From positions 40,982,001-41,046,000 of the forward strand of contig NC_042999.1 in the NCBI RefSeq assembly GCF_006345805.1: 64,000 bases of DNA, given 5' to 3'. The notes under the pieces are model-generated. The model ran no database searches. It saw nothing but the letters and a program-made list of their open reading frames with translations, and had not been told where the DNA came from. Positions 52,038 through 64,000 of this stretch are shown piece after piece (within the stretch, counting starts at the first letter, position 1; every line of letters starts with the position of its first letter). The DNA comes from Octopus sinensis. Taxonomy: Eukaryota. Both the position numbers and the translations under genes were made by a program.

Positions 52038-52658
52038 CAGTACCAGGCAATGCCCTGATGCAGTTCCAGGTTTATGCTCTGATGTAGTACCAGGCGATAT
52101 CCTGATGCAGTACTTGGAGATGACCTGATGCAGTACCAGGCGCTGGCTCTCAAGGCTTCTGTTCTTAACTAATTGGAAATATTATCATGTACATTGTTTT
52201 GTTAAAATGGTCTACAGCAAATATTCTGCTCAATACCACAGATTTGATTGTCAGTTGTTTGATCTTAACCAGTTGAGTATGTCCTTTGGCAGCTGACGAT
52301 ATGTGCATTTCTGATCACGAGCAGAAGTAGTGGGGGAGCATCATAGCCAGGTTTTGAGGAAAATTCTTTGGAGTTTGAATAATTCACCCCCGGGTGTTTC
52401 GTTCAACATCCTTAACAACCGTTATTCATGGACCATTTGAGTGGGATGGGCTAGTCGACCTGAAGAAAATTCTAACTGGACCCTCACCTGCAAGTTAATA
52501 TGCTGTTCATCTTGATATGAGATCATCATGTCGCGCACATATCGTTATGAGGTATATGCCTGGTGTACCCTTATCAGACGGGTAGTCATGATGGGTACAC
52601 TGGGTTTGGTATATTTTGCCCCAGTGTCACTTTGTTAGCATGTACTGCTCTCTCACTC

Positions 52659-52690
<32 letters not shown>
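52038..52690 (+). mobile_element. Probable 3' end of a non-LTR retrotransposon with (AAT)n tail
   Basis: Non-coding, GC-richer block opening with ~4.5 copies of a 23-bp unit (cagtaccaggc...ctgatg) and ending ctcactc(AAT)n at 52659-52690. Confidence 0.55.
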
Positions 52691-52692
<2 letters not shown>

Positions 52693-54726
52693 GTATGAGT
52701 ATATGTGATGAAAGTCCACACAAAATTTGACACTAGCCGTGTCTGGCTGTAGAGCACTTCAATAGCAAGACAACCGTGTATATCGACTAAATACCAAAAT
52801 ATGGACGTGCAACTGTGAGTAACAAGCTAGTTGTTGTGACAGAAGCACTGGACGTTGGACACGCTGCGCAAGCTGTTAATTTTTAAGACACGTTGTCCTA
52901 AAACCTCTCACTAACAACTATAGAAAGGCTAAAAGCACAGCAATGCACAGAGAGCTCGAAGGCCCTATTATACACCTTCTGACAAAAGCGGCCGGAGAAT
53001 GCTGGCGAACGATCAAAGCTGACGTGTGCAATGAGCGTTTACCACAACGCCATCGACCCGAACGTGTGGTGGCAAGTTTTCAAAATCCGATAATAAATAT
53101 GAGTATTGCTTGTTAATTAACCGCGAAATGACGTGTGTTAACAAGCAACACTTGTAACGAGAATAAGATGTAAGACATCATTAATAAAAAGAAGAAAAAA
53201 AACTTTCACAGAATTATGCCTTACCAAGAAGAAATATTAAAATCAATCCGTATTATAAATCGTTGTAGATTATAATAAAAACCTACCCGGTTTTTATTCA
53301 GATGATGTGTGTAGACATTCTACGTCCGCCACGTCTAAAAAGCACAAGTCTACCCTTCTCTTTCAGTCGTCTATTATTCTCCACTGTCGCCATCTCTTGT
53401 TATTCCTGTGTTGCTTGTATTTTGCTAGATGTGTTTTTTTGTTAACGTATGGTGGGTTCATCTACGTTTTTGACGGGACTTGGTTTTATTTTGCTGAATT
53501 CCTGCTGAATTCTTCACTAGGATAAGCTGGTATGAGTACACAAGGTTATCTGCCGTTGACCTAACCATGTATTTGTGTGTGTGAGCGTGTGTATGTGTGA
53601 GAGTAAAAGAGACAGTAAATGTGTGATGGAGTGGTCATGAAGACGTTAGGAACGGTAGAGGAATACCAAACACATGTAGTGGAGATAATATATTCTGTTG
53701 AAGCTGTTGAATTACTATCTACAACCTCGAATTTCTTTCCTTTGTCGATTTTCATCTGATGACGAAAGTTAATCTCGTTGACGACTTGACAAACACGCAA
53801 AAATCTATAAATCTGTGAAAGAGGATGAAATGTTTCAAATTATCGATAAGTTCTGAATTTCCAAGTAGCGTTCACTTTTATATATATATGCAAAATAGAA
53901 AATTGATACTTGTGATGTTTGTGTTAAATCTTCAAAGCACAAGGGAAATGATTAAACGTGAAACTAACAATTCTGTAAGATATAGTTTAGCAACTGCTGA
54001 TACAATTCTTTGGAAAACTTTTGTATTCTAGCCCTAGTGAAGAACGCGCTACATTCACTTATTAGATAAATAAATATAACACTCTTAATACCCTTAAATC
54101 ACAAACAACTGTCAGTTAAAAAATTTCATTCAATAGTGTAGTCTGAAAAACAAAAGACAATATGATCGTCTGTGCGGTGCTTGGCAGTGTTGTAAGAACG
54201 AAGTAAAAATTTCCCAAAATGTGGACAACTCTTCACAGTTTCCGTCCTAGAACAACTCCACAAGGCTTCGGACCTGGATTTAAGGTAGCCTCCTGGCGCA
54301 TGTGAGTTCATGAGAATTATAAATCTTTCTGGCTAAACACAATTTTCACAGTCGTGTTACATTATGATAGGGTCCACAAATTTCTAATAATTTCCCCCTG
54401 ATGTTAAAGGGCGTGATGGACTACTTCGCGCTATTATTTCCGACTTTCTGCGCTTTGAGTTCAAATCTCGCCGACGAAAATTTCACCTTTCATCCTTTTG
54501 GGGCTCAGTAAAAATAAAGTACTAAGCAATGCAGTAAATAGGGGGAAGTGAAAGTGTTTCTGACCATGTGCTTTGCCTTGTTCCTGTTCTTTGTGATCTT
54601 AGATCAAATACCACGAATGCTTGTTTTGAGTTGTAGATTTAATCCATAACATGTTTTAACATTACCACTTTGCACTTTGGGAAACGGAGTTCAGTTGTTG
54701 CAAGCATTAAAACTAGCTCTCAGGTT

Positions 54727-54780
54727 TGATGTCATCTTCTTGTCTGATGACATCTTCCTGTTTGATGACATCTTCCTGTT
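54727..54780 (+). repeat. Triple 18-bp tandem repeat
   Basis: tgatgtcatcttcttgtc / tgatgacatcttcctgtt / tgatgacatcttcctgtt. Confidence 0.9.
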
Positions 54781-55540
54781 TCAGAGGAATTCGTCTCCGG
54801 TTTCATAATAGCTTCCCGCATCTATTGTCTTTTCTCTTGATGAAAAGACAAACGAGAGAAAAAGAAAAAAGAAGACACACACACAAAAAAAAAAACGGTC
54901 AGCTATGAAAAGTCGGAAGAGAGTGATGTCGGTGGACGGAGATGGTTGGTTGTCATTTTTTCGCATGTGCAATTGTCTGCCTATGTGGTCTGAGCCGATT
55001 CCAGTCAGGAATAGAGAATATAGAACTTCTCTGTTCTGGTCGGGAATAGAGAGTTTAACATTGCTGTATAGTTTGCTGTAGAAGTTATCAATAGACAATT
55101 GTTAAATTGTATTCAGTGAATTTATCTTTACTTCAAAAGCAATACGTATATGTTCGTGTGTGTGTGCTGGCGAGGGAGGGTGTGACTACGTGTGACTACG
55201 TGTGCGTGATTGCGTTCATGTAAGGTGATTTGAAAACTGACAGAATCCGACTAAACATGTTTACCTTCAGAAGTAATCGAAGTGATAACAGTGAAAAGCA
55301 TTGAATTCGATATTCAATCGCACGTGAAATGTGTGCACTGAATTTAAGCAAGCCGCCTCTTCATTGACCTATATATATATATATTTCTATGCAGTGCATA
55401 CCGATATTATATCGACCTATTAAATCAACGTTGCTTATAATCTATATTCCTTTTATTTGTGTGCATGTGTGCACATACATACAGTTTAACACACATACTT
55501 ATATACTATGTGCATACACATACATGGATACATACATACA

Positions 55541-55572
<32 letters not shown>

Positions 55573-55805
55573 GGATTGTGTGTGTGACAGAGAGAGAGAA
55601 AGAGATTATTGGAATAATGAATATCTTACTGCGATCGCGTAAAAGTTTCCTTTGTATAAAGCGATTAGCTGAGAGCTCAATAAAAGTAAGAAAAAAAAAC
55701 CGTAGGAGCAGACGCTTGTTTCCCAATCACAATCATCCGAGTTCAGTCTAAATGTGTGTCACCTTGTTCAAGTGTCTTCTACTATAGCCTCAGGCCAACC
55801 AAAGG

Positions 55806-55836
<31 letters not shown>

Positions 55837-55843
55837 GATAGAT

Positions 55844-56252
55844 AGGTGTAGGAGTGGCTCTGTGGTAAGTAGCTTGCTTACCAACCACATGGTTCCGGGT
55901 TCAGTCCCACTGCGTGGCACCTTGGGCAAGTGTCTTCTACTATCGCCTCGGGCCGGCCAAAGTCTTGTGAGTGGATTTGGTAGACGGAAACTGAAAGAGG
56001 CCCGTCGTATATATATATATTTATATATGTGTGCGTGTGTGTCAGTGTTTGTTCTCCCAACATCGCTTCACAACCGATGCCAGTGTGTTTACGTCCCCGT
56101 AACATAGCGGTTCGGCAAAAGAGACCAATAGAATAAGTGAATAAGTACTAGGCTTACAAAGGATAAGTCCTGGGGTCGATTTTCTCGACTAAAGGCGGTG
56201 CTCCAGCATGGTCACAGTGAAATGACTGAAGCAAGTAAAAGAGTAGAAGAGT
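55844..56252 (+). mobile_element. SINE family B, full length
   Basis: Full head, body and tail; a further 3' half lies at 56900-57080. Confidence 0.92.
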
Positions 56253-56509
56253 ATATATCTTCTACTCTTGTGTTTTTCTCCGTCACAACATATGGATGAG
56301 AAAGGAAGGGGTGATGGCAAACTGCTAGTGGGAGCGTTTGAACTCTGTGTGATTATACGTGTGTACGTGTGCGCGTTTACAAGGGAAGTGTGTGAATGAT
56401 TGTATGTGAACCAGCGTCCTTAGAGTAACAAACGATGATCGATGTCACATCTCAGAAGACAACCACTAGATAACATTGACAAGTGTATCAATTTGATTTA
56501 CCATCCAAA

Positions 56510-56565
56510 TTTATATATAAAATGCTACAATTAGCCGTCATTTTTGACGGCACGGGATCAGCTAG
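56510..56565 (+). mobile_element. Possible 56-bp minimal Helitron
   Basis: A|TTTATATATAAAA, hairpin GCCGTCA-tttt-TGACGGC (56534-56551), 10 nt, then CTAG|T. Confidence 0.5.
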
Positions 56566-58210
56566 TAATATGCTATAAAGTGAGATCCTCGTCCACTTGT
56601 ATGTTATTGTCGGCACTGTAATATTCTTGTCGCCACTATTATGGCGTGGCAGTATCATCTTTGACTCATCTACCGTACTATCACTGACGGCTCCGCAAGA
56701 CAACGACATTGAAACGTCTACCCCTACAGTAACTCGAACTCGTATATATCACGTAACTGACATTGACTCCAGCTGAGAACTCGTACAACGTCTCTCCTAC
56801 TATCGACCTCCTACAATGACTGACTGTCTGACTTTATAGTGGGAAGGGCAGTACTATTTTCACTACAACAATATATATGTTTATATATGTATATATATGC
56901 GGGTGTGTTTTTGTGTCTGTGTTTGTTCCCCATCATCGCTTGGCAACGGTGTTCGCGTGTTTACGTCCCCATAATTCTGCGGTTTGGCAAAAGAAATCCA
57001 TAGATTTAGCAAAGTCCTGGGGTCGATTCATACGGTGACCCAGCATGACTGAAGTGCCTGAAACAAGTAAAAGATAACTGATATAGCCAGCTAAATCGTA
57101 GAGAATTTGAAATCGAGCAACATCATTGAAATAAACACACAGTATATTCTGGATCTCGGAGTATTTAACACTATAAATGATACCATGGTGGTAGAAAAAT
57201 CCCTTTGAATAGAGAAGAAGTCTGAAATGGATCGAGAAGCTCAAAAGATTCCTTTAGTCCAACGGTAGAACTCCTGCCATGTTTACAGGTGATATGCGTT
57301 CCTGTTTTTCGGGCAGCCTTCGACTTTTTCGATCCATGAGGTCTGTAACCCAATATTTATACGCTATTATTTCTAGCTATATAGTCTGTAACACAATATT
57401 TATACCATATTATTTTCGCTTTGTTATCACCATTCCAAAACAGCATTAATATATATTCTCTATCTTTTTCGAGAAATCAGACGTTCATGAAAATATAGGC
57501 ACCTTGTTCTTTATCGGCGGTATAGCAAAAGGCCAAAAATGGGAATTTACTGATCCTATAAATCGTTGAGGTAGATTTCAGTGTTATATGGAAACCGGTG
57601 AAATATCAAGAACAAGCATGTGCTGACCTGTCTGCATAAATATTGCAGAGAGTGCTCAGATCACAGAGATATTCATTAAGAGTGCAGAAAAACTCCTAAA
57701 ATATATTCCCGGTTTATATCGATATTGTAATGGTGTATATAGGTAGAACTAAAACAAACAGACACACACGTGCATATATATATAGTCAATAAAACATATA
57801 TCAGAAAAGAAGTACACTCTAAAGAATAGAGTAGTAATTATCAAAGCAAAAGTTTAAAATCTCGTCATAGAGATACCAAATGGTACATTGCTGGTAATGC
57901 TGATGGCAGGTCTTAGTGCCACCGTAGCTTCATAGATGACTCTGTCAGTATCGCTTCGGCCTCCTACTCGACAGTTATTGTATACCCTGCAAGAGAAACC
58001 TGCCTCCTCCCTTGCATTGTGGCCTTAAACCTCGATATCTGCGCGTTTCCTCACTTCTGCGTGGTAGAAAATTAAATTTTTTTTGTCTTTGTATAGAGTC
58101 TGGCGAGGCTTTGGCTTTCGTGGATACGAAACTGTTGGTAAATTTATGACCAGAATCTAAAGTTTTCTTTTGATACATACATACATACATATATATATAT
58201 ACATATATAT

Positions 58211-58489
58211 CATCGTGACCAACCAGACTATCAGATGTTGCTACACATCGTTGGGCACAATGCTCTTCGCATTATTTTAGCCTTCAAATGACGCTAAGCG
58301 AGCAGGCCAACAGAAGAAAGAGTGAGAGAAAGTTGTAGCGAAAGAGTACAGCAGGGACCGCCACCACCCCCTGCAGGAGCCTCGTGGAGCTTCTATGTGT
58401 TTTCGCTCAATAAACACTCACAACGCCCGGTCTGGGAATCGAAATCGCAATCCTACGACCGTGAGTCCGCTGCTCTAACCACTGCGCCT
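58211..58489 (-). mobile_element. SINE family A, tail type 3
   Basis: Same head and tail as 7646-7944; short deletion near the 5' end. Confidence 0.88.
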
Positions 58490-58507
58490 ATATATATACA
58501 TATATAT

Positions 58508-58540
<33 letters not shown>

Positions 58541-59159
58541 TAGTCTCCTCACAGGCGATTGATCCAGGAGATCATAACTTGTCCAGATTTTTAGGGTGGA
58601 GTTATACCCTCAGTGTAGATCTAGCCACCCCAACGAGAAGCCGGTCTGTAGCAGAATTACAGATGCTAGTGCCGCTCGCTTTTAGCTGAGCGTACCCGGA
58701 CAAAGTGGAATGGAAACACTCCGCATACTCCGAGTATTGAATTCATACATTAATTTTGGGAAGTCCATCACGTATCGAATGTGCACTTCTATAAGTTGTT
58801 AAAATTAGGGGACATAGGTTGATATTTCTAGTAGAGACGTCACATAAACTAATATGGTTTATGGTTACTGTGTGCTGGTTTGCATACTAATATATATATA
58901 TATATTATATATATATATATACTCTCCTCGCATATACTGACACAGCGTTTTCTTTACCAGCCCGTTTTAACGATATATGAACCAACCAACCAATCAATCA
59001 ATCAATCAATCAGTCAATATATTTCACTTTCGAAGATTACGAATATCCCTCGCCACCACAAGCATATTTATACACAGTGAACCTACCATACCAATGCCTT
59101 TTCCTTATTTGTACTCTCAGACTTTCGACTATAGTCACGAAGGAGCGTCACCATCTCTT

Positions 59160-59960
59160 ACTTTCTATTTGAAATTGTCTTCTCTTCTTTGTTTTCGTTT
59201 TCTTCCTTCCTTCCTTCCTTCTTACCTTCAATCTCTTTGTTATTCTGCTCCTAATTCTTTCTCTCTCTTCTTGTCTCACTCCCTTTCTTCTCTTTAGCAA
59301 CTCGTTCAGTTCAGATTTTTGAAAGCATAATCTCAAACCCTTTTCATGTCACAAATTTTTTAAAATTTTGTTTCGTCTTCTTCTTCTTTTTCTTCTTCTT
59401 CTTTTTTTCCCTTTTTCTTCTTTTTTTTCCTTTTTCTTTTTCCTTTTCTTTCTTTTTCTTCTTCTTCTTCTTCTTTTTCTTCTCTTCTTCTTCTTCTCTT
59501 CTTCTTCTTCTTCTTCTTCTTCTTCTTCTTCGGTAACTCATTAATTTCTCTTTCGTTCTCTTTCTCTCGTTGATTCCCTCTTTTTCTTCCCTTTCTTTAA
59601 CATTCTTCGATTTTTTTATATTGCTTTCCCTACTCAATACTTTATTCACCCGACTTACATAATCTACCATAATAAACATTCATTCATTCATTGCACCCAT
59701 TTCTTTCTTTTCCACTAATCCTATTTCTTTCTCTTTCTTTCATATACTTATCCGTAATTCAAAACAACCACATGCAAATCTTCCTTTCCCTATCTCCTCT
59801 TCTTACGATTCTCCCCCTCTTCCTATATTACTCTATCGTTCACACTCCTTATATCTCTCTATATTTCTTCTTGTCTCTCTCATTCGTCCCTCTCACTCTC
59901 TTCTACACGACTCTTTTTATACCACAAAACCTTTCTTATGCTGCTTTCTTTTATTTTCTA
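59160..59960 (+). repeat. Pyrimidine-rich low-complexity tract with (CTT)n core
   Basis: Nearly pure C/T at 59370-59530; C/T-rich throughout. Confidence 0.9.
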
Positions 59961-61291
59961 ACCACTTCCCCCGAGTTTTAAATTAATACCTAAATGGATA
60001 TAGTTTCCAATATAGCCACAAATCTCACTCATCTCTCAAACACAAACACACAGCAACACACACACATACACACACAGCAACACATACACACACAGCAACA
60101 CACACATACACACAGAGTAACACACCTTCTCACACAGAGCAACACACATACACAACCACACACTCGTTATGTGTATATGTGTAGGCGCAACGTTCATTTC
60201 AACTATTAAATTCTCGGACATCAATTTTATGCTAAGAAAAATATCTATTTTTTCCCCCCTTGATAAACGGGAGAAGTCAACAAGACGAACAGTAGAACAG
60301 TAGGAGCAGTTACTGAATATTTCCCTGTAGATACATTTACATTATCCTATGATATATATTATATAAGTCATTTAGAATTTCTTCGCTTCTCTTTGTCTCC
60401 TTTTCCATTTATTTAAAATACAGTTTTCATAATTTAGACCTGCTTCCTACTCAAATCAAATTAATAAATATATATTTCAATTTGCTTTCATACAATTTCA
60501 AACTAAAATGGTGGATGAAACTGACATCAACTATTTGTTATTATTGCATTGCATTAATATTCGTTGGCCGAAACCCAGAGTATTGTTTGGATAGGTCTTT
60601 CAAGTTGACGTTGGAGTATGATTTATTTTACTAAGTGTGAATGGTGCCACGAGGAAAACATTTGACAAAGATGGATGCAGATCCAATAACCATGGATTTT
60701 ATAATGGCGAAAATTTTTCTTTTCGTTCGTTTTCATTTTCTTGCTTGTATACAGGATTAATACTCAATATTCAAAGATAGTGCCGAGTGTACGATAATGG
60801 GCAGTACTTTTCACTACCTCTTTAGTTTATTCTATTAGAATATAATACATTATCCAAATATATAACACGTCACTCGTGACAGGATTCTTTATCTATTTTG
60901 TCATTGTCACTCTTTCGCCTAAACGTAATATTGGCTTGGTTTCATTAAAGACTGCCAACATCTTTGGTGGTGGACAATGGTTGTTAGAATTGACTGCAAT
61001 ATATTATGTGTGTATTTTACCAACAACAAAAAGATAAGATACTAACTTAAATTTAGATGATTTAAGATTTAGAATGTAATGACGGAAACCACAATGTAAG
61101 TTGTTCATAAGCTGTTCATGGTGTTTCCTTCGATGCGTTGCTAATTTAGTAGGGATAGTTGATTAAACCGACACTGTTAAATTACTGGGACATCGACTAA
61201 TAAAAGTGAAAACTTCGGTCAGTGTCAGTAAGCTTAAAGCTGAGAAATCATAGATCTGTACATAATGCTGAAGTTCGGTATTAAAGTACAA

Positions 61292-63045
61292 TAGAATTGT
61301 TCTCCACCGCTTGCGACCTGTCAGTAATCTAAAACCAAACAAGTAAATCTCTCCGTAAAGAACATCATTTCAAGCGTAGAAAATCCCATTGTAGTTTTCA
61401 CTTGCAGTACTAATGCTGTATTACTAGTGATGTAGTTTGATCATAAAATAAATGAGAACAAACATGGCAATAACTGAATGCATAATGAAATGTTGAAACA
61501 GTTGATTTTAAAATCTTGAATCATTACTTAACATAGTAATATATGCCTGTCAATTTACTAATACATATATACTTAGTAGCAATGCTGTGTGGAGGTTTGG
61601 ACATATTGAGCAGTTGCTAGTGATCTCCACGAAACTAGAGTTCCCATCTTAACCTATCTGTGCTGTGGTTGTGTATAGAGGGGATCAGTGTATTGCCTTT
61701 CGCGGAGGCTAGTGATGCTTATTTCAAATTTGGAGATAAAATATAGCATATATCGATTTCAAATTTTATCACAAGGCCAGCAATTTCGGAGTTGAAGATA
61801 AGTCTTACATCGATCCCAGTACTAAAACTGGTAGCTATTTTACCGCCACCACGAAAGGAATGAAAGCCTAAGTCGACCTTGGCAGAATTTGAACTCAAAA
61901 TGTAAAGACGGAAGCAATGCTGCTAAGCATTTTGTCCGGTATACTAACGATACTGCCAGCTCGCTTTTGGACATGAAAATTGTCGAATCCCTCTTTTTAT
62001 TTGGTTGGTAATTAGCAGAATCTACACAGTGGAGATGAACCCCTTAACTGCACCGTTTGCTGAAAAATATAATGGCCAATACTGGTTTTTAGTGTCAGTT
62101 AAAATATTATTATATATCTCAAGAAAAGAAAAAGAAAATATATCCAAGGTCTGCTAAAAACTGAAAAACACATTTACTACTTCACTAAAAATAATCAGAT
62201 TTACCTTTTTCCTAGTATTTCCGTCTTCTATTAGTACGCTTTTCCCAAAGATTTTTCGAATTTTTGATACTTGTTCTGGAACACCTCGTATTTACTTCAC
62301 TTGTTCTCATAACGAATTTCTCCCAATATCTTCTATCTCCAGACAGATGGATTTTTAGTTGTTTGTTTTTCTTTTTAATTTTCTCTTCCGAACTGTAGGG
62401 TAGCCAGGGAGCGTGAATCGTTCTCTAGCCACCCGCCTCTTTAGATTAGGCCACTACGCATCTCGCCCTAACTAAAGTAAGGAAACATCTACTACAAGAA
62501 TATTCTATTATTCTTTTATACCTTTCAACCCTAAGATTGTGGCAATGCTGGAGCATATTAAGCTCAAAAAAGCACAACGGCAAGTAACGACGCATCAGCA
62601 GGTGTGTTTTTCTGCTCCAGCTAGAGCTGGTTTGTCTATGCCTCAGAATTCTTTCTAGGCACTACATCTCTCAGATGACTCTCTGTCCTTCTATAATTTC
62701 AGCATATCCTTGTAGATGCCTAATGTCTCGTCTCAACACGTAGTTGAAACTTATGATGGACAACATCCTTCCACTCAAAGGAAACACCAATACATTGAGC
62801 GACTCTGATAAGCTATGCTTTTCTTCCTCGTTGCAGTGACAATGATCGAACCCACTGCAGTAGAACTGTTCTCCACAACTTGTGACCAATCTGTAACCTA
62901 AAATCACAAAAGTAAACCTTTCAGTAAAGAACATCATTTCAAGAGAAGAATATACTGTTGTAATTTTCGCTTGTAGTAGTATGATCAGTTATGTAGTTTT
63001 GTCATAAATTAAATATGGGCCCAAAATGGCAAACTCCAACGTTTT
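61292..63045 (+). repeat. Diverged ~185-bp direct duplication (61292-61472 and 62861-63045)
   Basis: Shared tagaa(t/c)tgttctccac and gtaaagaacatcatttcaag blocks, collinear. Confidence 0.8.
61745..61965 (-). mobile_element. SINE family C, diverged
   Basis: aagtcgaccttggcagaatttgaactc and gatactgccagctcgc. Confidence 0.8.
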
Positions 63046-63510
63046 GTCACCTGTTACATTTTTGAGAAAGTTTTCATCAGAATTTCACCATTAAACAACT
63101 CTTAACTGACTCATTTTTTTTTTTTTTTTAACTGTCAATAGACAGGCTGCAAACATGCCATGATACATTGCGTCGAGCTCCTCAGATCGAATCCAACACT
63201 TTCTTTGTGTAGTTTTCATTCTTTTTTGTGGAAGGTCATCCAGATTTGAGATTATGTTTGGTGGTTGTGCTGGTGTCATCTTCCTTCTTTGTATGGCTCA
63301 AAAATCATTCTCGCTACAGACCTGTTGTAACATTAGAAAAGACTCCGTAGAAATATTCCTTTACTAGAAACAAAATTGTATACAAACATGTTGCTCTTCC
63401 AAATTTCACAATGACACACACACACAGATGTAAATTATATGACTACTTATATATATACTCACATATATACATAAATCTATCTATGTGTATGTGTATCTAC
63501 TTATATGTAA

Positions 63511-63751
63511 ATGCGCCCTTTTAAAGCCTAGCCAGGCTCATGGGCCCGGTTTCAATGGCGTATGTACTCCCCAGCTGGACGGGACGCCAGTCCATCGCAG
63601 CGTTACTCATTTTCGCCTGCTGAGTGGACTGGAGCAACATTAAATGAAGTGTTTTGCTCAAAAACACAACGCGTCGCCCGGTCTAGGAATTGAAACCACA
63701 ATCTTACGATCATGATGCTGACACCCTAACCACTAAGACACACGCCTCCAC
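63511..63751 (-). mobile_element. SINE family D, full length
   Basis: Reverse complement of the 35371-35621 family. Confidence 0.9.
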
Positions 63752-63760
63752 CATACATAC

Positions 63761-63808
<48 letters not shown>

Positions 63809-63826
63809 GTTTAAATATTTGTTGTG

Positions 63827-63861
<35 letters not shown>

Positions 63862-63879
63862 GTTTAAATATTTGTTGTG

Positions 63880-63921
<42 letters not shown>

Positions 63922-64000
63922 CACACGCGTGCGCATACGTGTAGAACAAACACGACGAACGAGAGTGAATGAGAGAGAGAGAGAGAGAGAGAGAGATCGA

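Noticed and set aside
52760-53115. SWIM-like (WTCNCE*QAS) and Tc1-like C-terminal peptide fragments
   Set aside because: Two incompatible weak resemblances and no TIRs; cannot be assigned.
53561-53800. 79-aa minus-strand ORF as a possible exon
   Set aside because: Acceptor and donor are ambiguous, the start codon is non-ATG and no family is recognised.
59344-59679. Arg/Glu/Lys-rich 111-aa ORF
   Set aside because: Translation of the (GAA)n purine strand.
60870-60990. Minus-strand peptide HCPPPKMLAVFNETKPILRLGERVTMT resembling a Sushi/CCP start
   Set aside because: Stops where the second cysteine should be, and the rest of the domain is not recoverable without arbitrary frameshifts.

Overview
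AT-rich, microsatellite-saturated metazoan DNA, most likely an octopus (coleoid) intron or intergenic region. The taxon is inferred from the tRNA-derived SINE families and the (TA)n/(CA)n/(TACA)n load, not shown directly. No host protein-coding gene can be supported. Nearly all listed ORFs are microsatellite or SINE translations; the only recognisable peptides are transposase or retrotransposon fossils (hAT C-terminal half, pogo/Tigger N-terminal HTH, probable RTE end). The window holds about 40 SINE copies or fragments of four head types (labelled A-D here), six non-autonomous Helitrons plus a possible 56-bp mini-Helitron, a hAT MITE with a perfect 8-bp TSD, a 500-bp foldback element with Merlin-like ends, and Penelope-type repeats carrying minimal hammerhead ribozyme motifs. 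The best leads are a pri-miRNA-shaped hairpin at 28.5 kb starting with the first 12 nt of miR-92, minimal hammerheads, an exact CTAG|TC head-to-tail Helitron dimer beside an inverted copy, modular SINE tail swapping, and an old local duplication giving reciprocal empty sites for three insertions. All alignments were done by eye; SINE boundaries are approximate to about 10 bp.
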